Below are positions 9,964 through 20,252 of a stretch of DNA of 64,000 nucleotides, piece after piece. Source of the stretch: Escherichia phage vB_EcoM_Goslar; the sequence record NC_048170.1. One strand, written 5' to 3'. The notes beneath the pieces were generated by a model. That model saw only the letters and a list, made by a program, of their open reading frames with translations, was not told the DNA's origin and ran no database searches. Position numbers and translations under genes: made by a program. Position 1 is the first letter of the stretch, and every line of letters starts with the position of its first letter.

Positions 9964-10259
9964 AACAACCCTTCCCGTTTCATCGCGGCACGCATACTTG
10001 CGTAAAGCGCATTCTTCATTGCACCCGGACGCAACGGATAACAAATCTCATATCGACGTCCTTGTTTTACAGCAATTTTCCTTCCGTTCAGAAACAACGT
10101 GCCGTTATCCAGCAACAACTCACCTTGTAGTACCATGAGTCCTGCTTTAACATGACGTCCTTCTTCTTTAGTTAAGACCTTATAGCCGTGTTTATCCAAT
10201 AACCACAATTCGTAGATACCGTGCGCAGCCTTCGGCATTACTTTCTTCTTCGTCGTCAT
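9960..10259 (-). CDS. hypothetical protein
   Basis: 99-aa ORF. Confidence 0.45.
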   Translation of the reverse strand: MTTKKKVMPKAAHGIYELWLLDKHGYKVLTKEEGRHVKAGLMVLQGELLLDNGTLFLNGRKIAVKQGRRYEICYPLRPGAMKNALYASMRAAMKREGLL

Positions 10260-10271
10260 GGAAGATCCTCC

Positions 10272-10646
10272 TTAAACTCCTTGTCGGATCATCACCAACC
10301 GGAGCATGTTGTATTCCAATGTAGCGCTTTCTAATTCGAATTCATATCGATACCAGAAATTCGGCTCTAATTGACCTACAACACATTTACGAACATCTGT
10401 CTGCACCTTCCTCGACAACACCTGTAACAGTTGTGTTATCTCCGGCTTGAAGTAATACGCCAAACCTAACTGATCAGAATAAAACAGGCCACAATCAAAG
10501 ATGGCCTGTAAAATAACATATTCAACCATCAGGTGACGCGCATCGGGGTCAGGGAATGGCGAACGTAAAGCGAGGTCTAACACATCGACAATTGGGCCGA
10601 CATAAATGGCGGCACGGTACTCACGAATAACACTGATGTTATCCAT
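10272..10646 (-). CDS. hypothetical protein
   Basis: 124-aa ORF. Confidence 0.45.
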   Translation of the reverse strand: MDNISVIREYRAAIYVGPIVDVLDLALRSPFPDPDARHLMVEYVILQAIFDCGLFYSDQLGLAYYFKPEITQLLQVLSRKVQTDVRKCVVGQLEPNFWYRYEFELESATLEYNMLRLVMIRQGV

Positions 10647-10659
10647 GATAACCTATTCG

Positions 10660-11484
10660 TTAACTGTCGCTTTCTGATGTATCGACGTAGTTGAAAATAC
10701 GATCCCGTAAACACTCGTAACGAGGCAACGCACTAAGAATGATCATCTTCAGCTGCATCGCGATCGATACACGTTCTTCATCCGACGCATCGTCTCCCCA
10801 TTTACCCGGCTTAACCTGAATGGGTTCGTGCGGATCCTGCGGGAATATAAAACTTAACAACAGATAATCCGTACGGAACTCCCATACTTCTCGACCGTCG
10901 TTATCGGTTTCTTTACGCAACGTGAAGAGTTGGCGTTCGGTGGTTGGATCCAGCATCAGCGGTCGGCCACGAACAATCTCCAGTTTACGTGGGCTGACGA
11001 ACGTCGTACGTTCAGGAAGGTATTTTTCAACATCATCCGTATCCAACAAGAACAAAATGATATCGTCGAAATACTTCGGTGCGTACGTGTGTATCGGTTC
11101 GCCGTCGCTATACGAAGAGATCTCTTGAAGTATTGGTGTCTTACACGAAAAGTTCTGGCACGAACCACGGGTTATCGGTAAGGTGGTCCATTGATGTTCT
11201 GTAGACAATTCAACAGGCACCAACGGATAATCATCGATGAAGACCACGCACGTTGTACTAATGGGTATTCTTCCATCATTACCTGGTTCAAAAACCAAAC
11301 GTATCTTACCGGTAATCAGCGCCATCTCATCTGGCATTAAATGGCTTGCTGAACGAGCAAGTCTGAAACCGCTCGCCTGTTTATAAGGTTCGGGTTTATA
11401 GCCACGGACAATAAGAGAGACATCCGCAAGTTCAACGCTCACGAATACATCTTTGGTGTCTTCATTGTTCGTCGTTAACGTCAT
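10660..11484 (-). CDS. hypothetical protein
   Basis: 274-aa ORF. Confidence 0.45.
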   Translation of the reverse strand: MTLTTNNEDTKDVFVSVELADVSLIVRGYKPEPYKQASGFRLARSASHLMPDEMALITGKIRLVFEPGNDGRIPISTTCVVFIDDYPLVPVELSTEHQWTTLPITRGSCQNFSCKTPILQEISSYSDGEPIHTYAPKYFDDIILFLLDTDDVEKYLPERTTFVSPRKLEIVRGRPLMLDPTTERQLFTLRKETDNDGREVWEFRTDYLLLSFIFPQDPHEPIQVKPGKWGDDASDEERVSIAMQLKMIILSALPRYECLRDRIFNYVDTSESDS

Positions 11485-12499
11485 TGTTCATTTTCTCCAT
11501 TGCAACAAATCGTTCAAGCTCGCGTAATAAACGCTCTTTTAACGCAGTATCAACTTCCGGAGCATGTTTATCACGATACCACTCTGTCCCGTTGTATTGC
11601 AGGCTAACGTGCCATGTTCCTAACGGGCTTTCCTCTGCAGCAGCAATGAAATTCTTAACGCCGGTTTTGGTAGGATACTCCATGATAGGAACAGCCTGCT
11701 TCAGATCCATTACGGTAAGATCCTGGAAGTTATAATCCAGAAGCGTTAATGCACGTTTGTCGCGTAACAGTAACCCGCAATCTAAGATAGTGAAATCGAT
11801 ACCCCAAAATTGTAGCTTACCACCCGTACTGATAGGAATATGACCGCGATAGACCGCGAGATAGATCTCCCCTTTATCGGTTTCTTTATTGTATCCTGCG
11901 ATGAATGCTGCGGTAATTAACGGCTGATCGCCTTTCGCAAAGAAAACAGGATGCGTACGATAAAGCCAATCATTACGAATTAAATCTGATACTTGACCTA
12001 AACGTGCCGTAGGCACCATTGTCGATCCTAAGTCACCATTACTAACTTCGAATTGGTAATATTCAAACAGAACACCGTCGACTTCTTCTTTGGCGTATGG
12101 CTCACGAGCCGGGTTAGCGAGTAGGTAACGCAACTTGCTATCGATTTCGGTTACGCGTTCCTCATGGGTATCCATACGACTAGCGACGACGAAAGCGGCC
12201 AGATTACGTACGCTAAGGAACACGTCGTCTTTCTCTTGGTCAGTTAGCCCTTCTTCATCTGCTATCGTTGTCCAATGCAGTGGTCCCTCCACCATCTTTA
12301 ACCATTTGTCTTCACGTTCTGGGTAAACAAAGGGTTTATGTACAGGAACATTGGTATGCTGAACGCGCAATAGTAACGAACAAGGGGATTGCATTATCGA
12401 CTCCCATGGCACTATACCACTCGTGACAGCGATGACGTGACGATTAAGAACAAGAGAAGCTGAATAGGTGATGTTATCTAATCCTGGTAATTGATCCAT
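11462..12499 (-). CDS. hypothetical protein
   Basis: 345-aa ORF. Confidence 0.5.
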   Translation of the reverse strand: MDQLPGLDNITYSASLVLNRHVIAVTSGIVPWESIMQSPCSLLLRVQHTNVPVHKPFVYPEREDKWLKMVEGPLHWTTIADEEGLTDQEKDDVFLSVRNLAAFVVASRMDTHEERVTEIDSKLRYLLANPAREPYAKEEVDGVLFEYYQFEVSNGDLGSTMVPTARLGQVSDLIRNDWLYRTHPVFFAKGDQPLITAAFIAGYNKETDKGEIYLAVYRGHIPISTGGKLQFWGIDFTILDCGLLLRDKRALTLLDYNFQDLTVMDLKQAVPIMEYPTKTGVKNFIAAAEESPLGTWHVSLQYNGTEWYRDKHAPEVDTALKERLLRELERFVAMEKMNNDVNDEQ

Positions 12500-12754
12500 G
12501 ATAGGAATCCTTAGTATGTTTGATATGTTGTTTAATTGACATATTAAGTTTAAAAGAGGTTATGTTTTACGTAATGTTAATAACGTATTCTTATCTCTAT
12601 TAAGTTATGTTCTATCTAAAGATAGTAAACAGATATAATGCTCCCCACCTCCCCATTCTCCCAAGTAATACTGGCCTACCGGCCCTCTCCTTTTTAAGGG
12701 AGAGAGTAAGCATTCAGTATTGCTCAAATGAATAAGCAAAACAGTATAAACTTA

Positions 12755-12778
12755 CCGTCTCGAGACAACTCGAGACGG
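12755..12778. terminator. perfect 10-bp hairpin ccgtctcgag-acaa-ctcgagacgg
   Basis: inverted repeat in 300-nt intergenic region, followed on minus strand by T-rich tract. Confidence 0.4.
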
Positions 12779-12807
12779 CGTAGTAGTATCTGTTTATCTC
12801 TTTTATG

Positions 12808-13161
12808 CTAACAGCCTATTTCTGCATGAACCTTTAACGATTCGAATACATCTTCCTTCTTTGTCATCGTCTTGTATAAACGCGATTGAGCGATGATCTT
12901 TATCCATTGTTGGGGATCGTGTAAATTCACATTTTCAAAACGGGGTGGGGTATTATCTCCGTCGAGTCGGATATACCCTAAGAGCAATCCTTCATGGTCT
13001 CCTCGACGGATTTCGATATGTGGTTTGAGGAAGACACGATTGTCTGGTGGATACCAGCTTACGGTGTAGTAATGGTTTCCTGAAACAACGAATTCGTGAA
13101 CGATTTTTGTCTCATCGTCAATGACCGCATTTACGCTGGGAATCATTAATTTTTGAAGCAT
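12808..13161 (-). CDS. hypothetical protein
   Basis: 117-aa ORF. Confidence 0.45.
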   Translation of the reverse strand: MLQKLMIPSVNAVIDDETKIVHEFVVSGNHYYTVSWYPPDNRVFLKPHIEIRRGDHEGLLLGYIRLDGDNTPPRFENVNLHDPQQWIKIIAQSRLYKTMTKKEDVFESLKVHAEIGC

Positions 13162-13745
13162 GGGACATAAACCTCCATCAACATCGCATAAAGCGCACCA
13201 AGCCCATGCAGGACTTGGTTAGGTGCAAAGGTCGGAGTGTAACATACTTGTTCGGTTGGTGCTTGTTGACGTAAGTCTAACGGATCTCCGTTGATAAGCA
13301 TCTGCAGGAGATCAGCATCATCTTGCAATGTGTCTTCATCGATATACGCATCAACACAAAGCAGTCGGTGTAACTGTTCGGGTTTAATTGAAATACCTAC
13401 AACCATGCAGTTGTTGTAGGTGGCGTTGTCCAGAAAGAAGTGGATGACGCCTGCTTGAGGATCGCCACCGTAGTGAAGCCAACGCGTAAAACCAGCCGAC
13501 ATCATCCATAGCGGGTTGTGTTGTAACGCACTGACGACACGGGTCTCGAAATCCAAACCAAACTTCTGGAAGATTGCACCCATCTGGAAACGATCTTCAT
13601 CGAGACGGTAGCGGAATATACAGGCATCCGATCCCGTTGAGTTATCGTACACCGAAAGATACCCACGATGGATTTCCACGGTAACATTGTTATCGTCAAG
13701 CGTAGCGCTCGCAACGCCGTTAGAAAAGGTTGGAACAAAGCTCAT
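13146..13745 (-). CDS. hypothetical protein
   Basis: 199-aa ORF. Confidence 0.45.
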   Translation of the reverse strand: MSFVPTFSNGVASATLDDNNVTVEIHRGYLSVYDNSTGSDACIFRYRLDEDRFQMGAIFQKFGLDFETRVVSALQHNPLWMMSAGFTRWLHYGGDPQAGVIHFFLDNATYNNCMVVGISIKPEQLHRLLCVDAYIDEDTLQDDADLLQMLINGDPLDLRQQAPTEQVCYTPTFAPNQVLHGLGALYAMLMEVYVPCFKN

Positions 13746-14293
13746 CTTGTAATCCTTAATTTACCTGAATGAATTATCGTTGATGGGTCCACGACGCGAC
13801 CATATTTCGCGTTACGTAATACACGATGCCCAAAGAAGTCAGCGGTTTCCAAAACAACCGTATAACAACCCAGCTGATGTTGATGTCCCCAAAACCGTTC
13901 AATGGGAATCCAGCAGGGCGACATGCCTTTGTGTCGCCAATCCGTAACACAGCCGAATTCAGCAAACTGTTCAGTAAACCACTCGTCAATGTCGGTATCC
14001 GTAAAGAGAAACACGTGGTTTTTAACCAGATAAGCGAACCCAGGATAAAAAAGCTGAGGGTCATCTGGGTCACGGAGATAAACACGAAGTTTGTCTAGCG
14101 TACCCTCGACAACGATCGTATCGGGTAATCCCGGCGGCGTGAACCGAAGTTGGAAGTTATCCTCGTTTGCCGAGGCGTTAACCAAATACCCCAATTGAAG
14201 GGGCCGATGCAATTCGAAAAGGTTAAACGTTAATGCATATTCGATATACTCTAATCCTATATTCATGTCTGACCTATGTGGTATGGACGGCAT
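13742..14293 (-). CDS. hypothetical protein
   Basis: 183-aa ORF; 4-nt overlap with downstream gene. Confidence 0.45.
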   Translation of the reverse strand: MPSIPHRSDMNIGLEYIEYALTFNLFELHRPLQLGYLVNASANEDNFQLRFTPPGLPDTIVVEGTLDKLRVYLRDPDDPQLFYPGFAYLVKNHVFLFTDTDIDEWFTEQFAEFGCVTDWRHKGMSPCWIPIERFWGHQHQLGCYTVVLETADFFGHRVLRNAKYGRVVDPSTIIHSGKLRITR

Positions 14294-14398
14294 TGCATTG
14301 CCTTCCGCGAGTGTAATCAGGAAGGTAATGTAGGTTTATTTTAATCTCCATTTCGCGATGATATGACAGTCTTTATTACGTTTACCATCTGAGGGAGC

Positions 14399-15643
14399 AT
14401 GCTCATGTCTTCTATTTTACAGGTGTTTAATGCGCATGCGGAAGGCATTGACATCGACGAGTATTTTGTTAATCAGGTTATCCGTTACGCGACACGCTTC
14501 CGTACGCAAGACCAAGAACACATGCGTTTTTTCGGTGGGGTTCTGTTAGGTGTACAGAAAATCCGATTCACAACAAGACATAACGATACATGGTTTTCAG
14601 ACGTCTTGATGATGGATGAAGAAAGCTTACGACGCGATTTGAGTAAACTACCCTTCTACAATACGCAGACCAACCGTGTTGCCTCAAACGCCTTTAACCT
14701 AAGTTGCTGTTGGTTGCTTTATGCGATCTTCCACAGCAAACAAATCAAAAAAGAAAAGGTTCGTGAAGCCGGGATGCTTGCAGCAATGCAAGTCCTCCAT
14801 TATAAATTCATTTGCGGTCTGGTAGCACGACGTTATCCTTATAACGCTGATCCGGCTATCGCTATTAAAGCGTACGATGAGTTAACCCTCAAATCAGGCA
14901 TCAAGCGCATGAATAGCTGGAATGAGTACATCGACGAACGCTGTAATGCCATCATTGCGCGTAATAGTACACATTTCAGTCGTTGGTCAACCCTGGAACC
15001 TGATAGCGTCGCCGAACGTTTTGTGCGTGATGTGAATACCGGAATCCGTAAGGTTATCAACCGTATCACCGATACGTACTACGCGATGTACGAAGAAGGT
15101 AAGAAGATAGGCACGTCTTCTCAAACTGTAGAGTTAGACGATGGTCTCGCTGTCCGCGATATTAAACGCAACGAAACCACTTATCGTCAATATCTGTTCG
15201 AAATCGCTTATGACCGAACGAGTTTCGTTAAACGCGAACTCATGGTCGTCATCCTTGACGTACACCATACTACCAATCTTTTATCCCTTGAGCGAGCGTT
15301 AAGCTATATCAGCGCTAACGTAGAACGACCGACAAGAGACGGAAAACAGGTCTCTCAGATGTTGCGGCTTGTAATGGAGCATGCTATCGAGTATATCATC
15401 TTGAATAAGGTCGATATGCGCGATCTTACGTTCTTATTCTACATGCGTAACGTGTACACGTCTAACCGCACTAGCAACCCGAAACTGTTAGAACTGCGTA
15501 AAATTGGCTCTGAAGTCATTAAGAAAGCAACCAATGCGAGAAATGACGCTGAGGCTGCGGCGACACGCACCGGTGTCTTTCTGTATATCCTGCTTCGTGT
15601 GTTTAGCCGTAACTATTACGTTCGACGTGCGATGTCACGTTAA
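14399..15643 (+). CDS. hypothetical protein
   Basis: 414-aa ORF. Confidence 0.55.
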   Translation: MLMSSILQVFNAHAEGIDIDEYFVNQVIRYATRFRTQDQEHMRFFGGVLLGVQKIRFTTRHNDTWFSDVLMMDEESLRRDLSKLPFYNTQTNRVASNAFNLSCCWLLYAIFHSKQIKKEKVREAGMLAAMQVLHYKFICGLVARRYPYNADPAIAIKAYDELTLKSGIKRMNSWNEYIDERCNAIIARNSTHFSRWSTLEPDSVAERFVRDVNTGIRKVINRITDTYYAMYEEGKKIGTSSQTVELDDGLAVRDIKRNETTYRQYLFEIAYDRTSFVKRELMVVILDVHHTTNLLSLERALSYISANVERPTRDGKQVSQMLRLVMEHAIEYIILNKVDMRDLTFLFYMRNVYTSNRTSNPKLLELRKIGSEVIKKATNARNDAEAAATRTGVFLYILLRVFSRNYYVRRAMSR

Positions 15644-15796
15644 CAATGTAACGGTAAAACTTTACTGACGTTGGTTATTATTTGAAGCATAGGGCTTCAC
15701 CCAGGAGTACCATCCCTTTAAGTCGTTTGTCCTCTCCTGGTTAACTGTCGTTCTCTCACAGTGCTCGACAGACCAAAAATGCTCAGGCCTCATAGC

Positions 15797-15825
15797 CTCC
15801 TCTGGGAATGGAACCCAGAGGAGGA
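15797..15825. terminator. bidirectional terminator hairpin
   Basis: cctcctctggg-aatggaa-cccagaggagg between convergent genes. Confidence 0.5.
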
Positions 15826-15836
15826 CTATGTTTGCC

Positions 15837-16157
15837 TTAAAATTCAATGCGACCTTTTGTCGTAAACAATACACCTCTTTGCCAACAGAAAAGATCCTCC
15901 GATTGAGCGCAAACACGAATACCCGCATCGAATAGATGTTTTGTTCTAGCGCTTAAACAATCAGGATCTTCTACATACAACAGAAGACGTTGGCATTTAT
16001 TTTGAATGCGTTCGACAAGGATGTTCTTATCGCTTAAAATAAAATGCGCGTTATCTGTTAAGTTATCGTCGGTTTCCAGCTGCTTGACAAGTTTGATTAA
16101 AATACGTAATTGCTCAAGTGTGTCATGATCAAGTGAATCACCCATGGCGTACCTCAA
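15837..16157 (-). CDS. hypothetical protein (probable start MGDSLDHD a few codons inside the ORF)
   Basis: 106-aa ORF; RBS GAGGT before internal ATG. Confidence 0.45.
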   Translation of the reverse strand: MRYAMGDSLDHDTLEQLRILIKLVKQLETDDNLTDNAHFILSDKNILVERIQNKCQRLLLYVEDPDCLSARTKHLFDAGIRVCAQSEDLFCWQRGVLFTTKGRIEF

Positions 16158-16230
16158 CGTTATACGTCGTTTGTATTATAATACGCTATCGTCTCCCCGC
16201 CTGTATTAACGGGGAGTCTGCAAACTACTC

Positions 16231-18462
16231 TTAGAAAAAACCGCCCGGACGGTATTGACCCATCGTCATCCACGCATTACGAGAAATATTCCGTTCATTC
16301 GAAGAGCGGCTTATTTGACGATAAGTATTCGCTCGTTCCTCCCTTGCTTTCGTGATCATCGCATCAATAGAAACAGCCGCTGAATCTTCCCCACGTATTT
16401 TTCCTTTATACGTAAGAAGCTCTGCCTCCAATCGATCCAAGATAAGGCCGTTGGTTTCGGTCTTAAGCAACTCATAGATTTCAGCAACGCGTTGACGAAG
16501 CTTCGCCTGCTGTTGGTTAAGATAAGCTTCATACGGATCGATTTCACCCGTCACAGATGCCGGTAAACGACTCATGACTTTAAGCGGATCGATACCATAA
16601 TGAATCTGTTTCTTAGCGCGCTTGATGAACCACATCGCTAACATCCAGGCGAACGTCATGTCGTCGTGCATTCCATCCTGGTGATCGACACGCCCATCTT
16701 TGATAACCAATCCAAGGATCTCGGAACACAACATCTTATCACGTAATTGCCCGCGGGTTTCTACAATACCTTCCATCAAGATGTCGGAATACAACTCCAT
16801 ACGTTTGCGTGCATCCGTTGTGAAGCCCAAATGCCGTTTACGTTGAGCATACCAACTTTCATCACGCATGCTCAATGGTAATTTCAGGTCTTCGAACATC
16901 GCTGGGTTATCAGCATGTCTGTCCACAATTGTGTTGTATACGCGTTTGAATACGTCGATGCCCGCTTGTCTCAGGAACTCTTCAATTGCGTCTAACAACA
17001 TGATTGCGCTGCTTTTACGTTCAGGAATCAACGTAACGTTCTTAAAACGCATCATGAAGTTGGCCATCCAACGAGCAAAAGAAAGCAAGCTCAGTTTATT
17101 AAAACGTCCTGTCGCAACAACTTCTGCTGTTTCTACATCCACCATCACCAAACCGATAGCGTCACGACCTATTGCATCGCTGGTGTCTAAACCAGCAACC
17201 ACCTTATTGTTCTGCATGTATGTCTCGATTTGACCTCGAGGTATATACCAGTTAATGCAGTAGCCTTCAGGTGAGATCTCGATGTGGTCGATTTCACGTT
17301 GTCCTGCCATGATCATCTCAACCATCTCAGCGGTTAACGGGCTTTCTGCTGAACCGTTGGTCCAGATGTTCATGTAGTCGCGGTCTTTCTGAAGTTTATC
17401 ACCTTCCGTTTCGTTCATGGTTTTTGCTAACCATTCATCACTGAATCCCAACTGAGCATGGTTCCATTGTGCCCCGATCCTGACGGTCGCTTTGCTGAGC
17501 TCGCACGGTACGTTGTTCAATACCGTCTGATGCAGATGCTTTTCGTTACGGCAGTCAAAGAAACTTTCAGAGAACGGCGCGGAACGCATGAAAACTTCAT
17601 AAGCCCATTTGCCTTCGCGTTTATCCAATTCACCTGCTGTTGTCGTATAGATGATACTTGTCAGGTCGCCGTTGCTTAATGCTTCATCGCGTGCCGCACC
17701 CATCGCACCGATACCAGCAGGAACAATAATTTCGATGTATTTCGTAAACGCGGTTTCGTCGCTATGGAATAGCGGGGTTGTTAGACCACGGCCGATGTTT
17801 GTTGCTTGTTTCTTATCCGAACGTGGAATCTTTACCGATAACTTGTTCTTGAAACGTGTGTAGGTTACGTTCTCTTTGTTCGATGAATCCCGACTATCCA
17901 GCGTCCAGAGATACGCAGGTAACAGATCGCGTATACTACGCACGTCTTCTACCGTTTTCGTACGGGCGTCACCGTCTTTTGTTAATTGAATAACCTCGGT
18001 GTTTCGACTACGAACATAGGTTAGATAACAGAACAGTCCTAACATGGTCATGGATTTACCGGTCTGACGTATCTGTATCTGATACCAGTTCGTTCGGGTA
18101 AATATCCCCCAGAGCATCGGAATGTTACCGCGGTTAGCACGGAATGAAATTTTGTTATCACCCGCTTTAGCCGGAACACGCATCACTTCACGGAAGAAGT
18201 ACCATGGATTAAGATAGCATTCCGCACTGATCATCTGAATCTGTTCTGACGTCAAATTCGGTGCGTGGGGATCAACACCAATCAATCTTGGGTTTAATAA
18301 CGCCATGAAAAACGCAGAGTTCCGGACACCGAATTCACGACGATACAAGATCGCTAAATCACGCCAACTTGTGTTTGTTGTTTCCCAGTGTGGAACAGCC
18401 TGAGGAAAATAATCCCAATCTTCCTCAAACAGGATGATTTTCTTCGGATCGACAATCGACAT
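16231..18462 (-). CDS. terL: terminase large subunit
   Basis: Walker A IRQTGKSMT, Walker B/catalytic FHSDETAF, coupling motif IIYTTTAGE; RBS GGAGG. Confidence 0.8.
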   Translation of the reverse strand: MSIVDPKKIILFEEDWDYFPQAVPHWETTNTSWRDLAILYRREFGVRNSAFFMALLNPRLIGVDPHAPNLTSEQIQMISAECYLNPWYFFREVMRVPAKAGDNKISFRANRGNIPMLWGIFTRTNWYQIQIRQTGKSMTMLGLFCYLTYVRSRNTEVIQLTKDGDARTKTVEDVRSIRDLLPAYLWTLDSRDSSNKENVTYTRFKNKLSVKIPRSDKKQATNIGRGLTTPLFHSDETAFTKYIEIIVPAGIGAMGAARDEALSNGDLTSIIYTTTAGELDKREGKWAYEVFMRSAPFSESFFDCRNEKHLHQTVLNNVPCELSKATVRIGAQWNHAQLGFSDEWLAKTMNETEGDKLQKDRDYMNIWTNGSAESPLTAEMVEMIMAGQREIDHIEISPEGYCINWYIPRGQIETYMQNNKVVAGLDTSDAIGRDAIGLVMVDVETAEVVATGRFNKLSLLSFARWMANFMMRFKNVTLIPERKSSAIMLLDAIEEFLRQAGIDVFKRVYNTIVDRHADNPAMFEDLKLPLSMRDESWYAQRKRHLGFTTDARKRMELYSDILMEGIVETRGQLRDKMLCSEILGLVIKDGRVDHQDGMHDDMTFAWMLAMWFIKRAKKQIHYGIDPLKVMSRLPASVTGEIDPYEAYLNQQQAKLRQRVAEIYELLKTETNGLILDRLEAELLTYKGKIRGEDSAAVSIDAMITKAREERANTYRQISRSSNERNISRNAWMTMGQYRPGGFF

Positions 18463-18474
18463 ATAAACTCCTCC

Positions 18475-18501
18475 GATGGAGGGTGCCGGGCACCCTCCAT
18501 C
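18475..18501 (-). promoter_or_regulatory. hairpin abutting terminase RBS
   Basis: gatggagggtgcc/ggcaccctccatc inverted repeat ends 1 nt before GGAGG RBS of terL; also 3' of upstream gene. Confidence 0.45.
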
Positions 18502-18512
18502 GTTGTATTACC

Positions 18513-20252
18513 TTATGCGACTTTACTAATAACGACTGCAGTGATACCAAGATGTAGGTCGACGCCATTCTGTACTTTAATCCAGCGGATATACAGGTTA
18601 GCGTTATCCTGTCCCGTACCACCTGGGACGTTATTGTTCCTATTCCATTGCGAGATTTCGAAACGTTTCTGCACGTTAGGACCAACCATGATTTCAAAGT
18701 GAGTCGGTTCTGGTGCTTTCGATTCCGTCTTCTCAAGATAGAGTGGATGTGTCGGGTAGTAAAGTTGGTTCAACCATTCACCCAGATCTGAGTGTTTGTT
18801 CGTCAAGTCAACATACGCGTTACCAGCAACATCGTAAGTAAACAACGCTTTCGTGTTACGACCGTACACATCCGTTGTCGTCGGTGTTGTTTGCGAGCTG
18901 AACGTTACTGTCCAGTAATCACCGGATGTCGCCGAACCTGCTTGCAGTAACGTCATTCGAATAGTCTGCGTATGACGTACGCGTTTGTAAACAGTAGGAT
19001 CGACTTCATCTAACCAGATGTTGTACGCAAATTCCTGAGGTTGTCCGTATTTCTTCGGATTAAACTCAGGGCTGTTCAGCGCCAATTGTACTTTATCGGT
19101 TACGTTGTAGTATCGTTCACGGTCAACGTTGTACAACCAGAACACCAGCTCGTATCCCACCGCATCAGATACCCATTGTGGATAGCAGAACAGTTTAACA
19201 CTGTATGCCCCTTTCGCTTCTTTAGAAACGACGGTATAAGGTACGCTGATGTGTTTCACTGCGCCAGGTAACGCGTAGGATGTGTCCTCATCATCGTCCA
19301 GGTAGTAGTGTAACGCCAGCGGGTGTTTGCTGTTGATAACCTGGGACGTGAAGACGTTAAGGCCATCCAACACAACCTTGTTGCCAGTAACCGGCCAATG
19401 TTTAATGGATCCGTCGCTGTAGGTGACTTCAGCTTGAAGGTCAACGGAATCCAGGTTGACGTTGATCGGCAACTCAAGCAGTTTGGTATCGCTGCTGTTC
19501 AGCCACGTTGATTTCAGTCGTACCCCGTCTTCCAGAATATATTTAATACCCTGGTCTGGTGTGCGTACATAGTCGGTGATACGAACGATCATACGTTTCA
19601 TGGATAGCGGCTGTGGACCATCGCCATAACCTACCACCATCACCTGCTCAAAATCTTCGACGGGCTTAATGCAGTAACCTTCGCGGGGTGCCCAGATAGC
19701 TTTATTCGTTCCGTCTTTGTAAGCGATAAGCTGACACGGAATAAAGTCACTGATCTTATTCCCACTGTTGTCATACATCGCACTGATGATTTCGCCTTTG
19801 GCGCTGATATCAGAACCACGGAACACGGCGATACGTCGAATATCCGAACCATGCAGATGGAAACGGCGATCGATATTCATCGTAGCAGGGATCGTGTTCG
19901 TATTAATCAATACGCGCCATGTATCGTACGACCATGTCGGATCAATACCCTCAAAGGTTGTCGTCCCATCGTCCTGACCATCGAACGGAGCAGAAAGCTG
20001 ACCGATAAGTTTAAGGGTACTTAGTTTAGTGCGATCGTCTACGGCGATAACACGATATACTGCGTTGGTATCCCAGTCTTCAACTTTATCGTCCACGTTG
20101 GGAACGTAAAGTTTCCAGTCTTCTTCAACGCCATTATAGATCTCTTTATACGCATAGGTGGTATAGCGTCTGTCGAGATCCTGAATAGCGAGTTTATCCG
20201 GATGCTGTTGTGCATAAAGCACCGGATTGGTAATCTCTCTTCCCATTATCAC
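18513..20252 (-). CDS. putative virion structural protein
   Basis: 579-aa ORF, 4-nt overlap with upstream 864-aa ORF; between terminase and tail genes. Confidence 0.45.
   Translation of the reverse strand: MIMGREITNPVLYAQQHPDKLAIQDLDRRYTTYAYKEIYNGVEEDWKLYVPNVDDKVEDWDTNAVYRVIAVDDRTKLSTLKLIGQLSAPFDGQDDGTTTFEGIDPTWSYDTWRVLINTNTIPATMNIDRRFHLHGSDIRRIAVFRGSDISAKGEIISAMYDNSGNKISDFIPCQLIAYKDGTNKAIWAPREGYCIKPVEDFEQVMVVGYGDGPQPLSMKRMIVRITDYVRTPDQGIKYILEDGVRLKSTWLNSSDTKLLELPINVNLDSVDLQAEVTYSDGSIKHWPVTGNKVVLDGLNVFTSQVINSKHPLALHYYLDDDEDTSYALPGAVKHISVPYTVVSKEAKGAYSVKLFCYPQWVSDAVGYELVFWLYNVDRERYYNVTDKVQLALNSPEFNPKKYGQPQEFAYNIWLDEVDPTVYKRVRHTQTIRMTLLQAGSATSGDYWTVTFSSQTTPTTTDVYGRNTKALFTYDVAGNAYVDLTNKHSDLGEWLNQLYYPTHPLYLEKTESKAPEPTHFEIMVGPNVQKRFEISQWNRNNNVPGGTGQDNANLYIRWIKVQNGVDLHLGITAVVISKVA

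Noticed and set aside
13742-14293. AATGCCGTCC near 14290 as another copy of the TTTATGCCGT box
   Set aside because: It overlaps the first codons of the ORF and lacks the preceding hairpin; my base-level indexing here was also inconsistent with the ORF-track frame by one position, so it was not counted.
15662-15928. 88-aa minus-strand ORF
   Set aside because: Lies across the terminator hairpin and intergenic region and overlaps the end of 15837..16157; no RBS.
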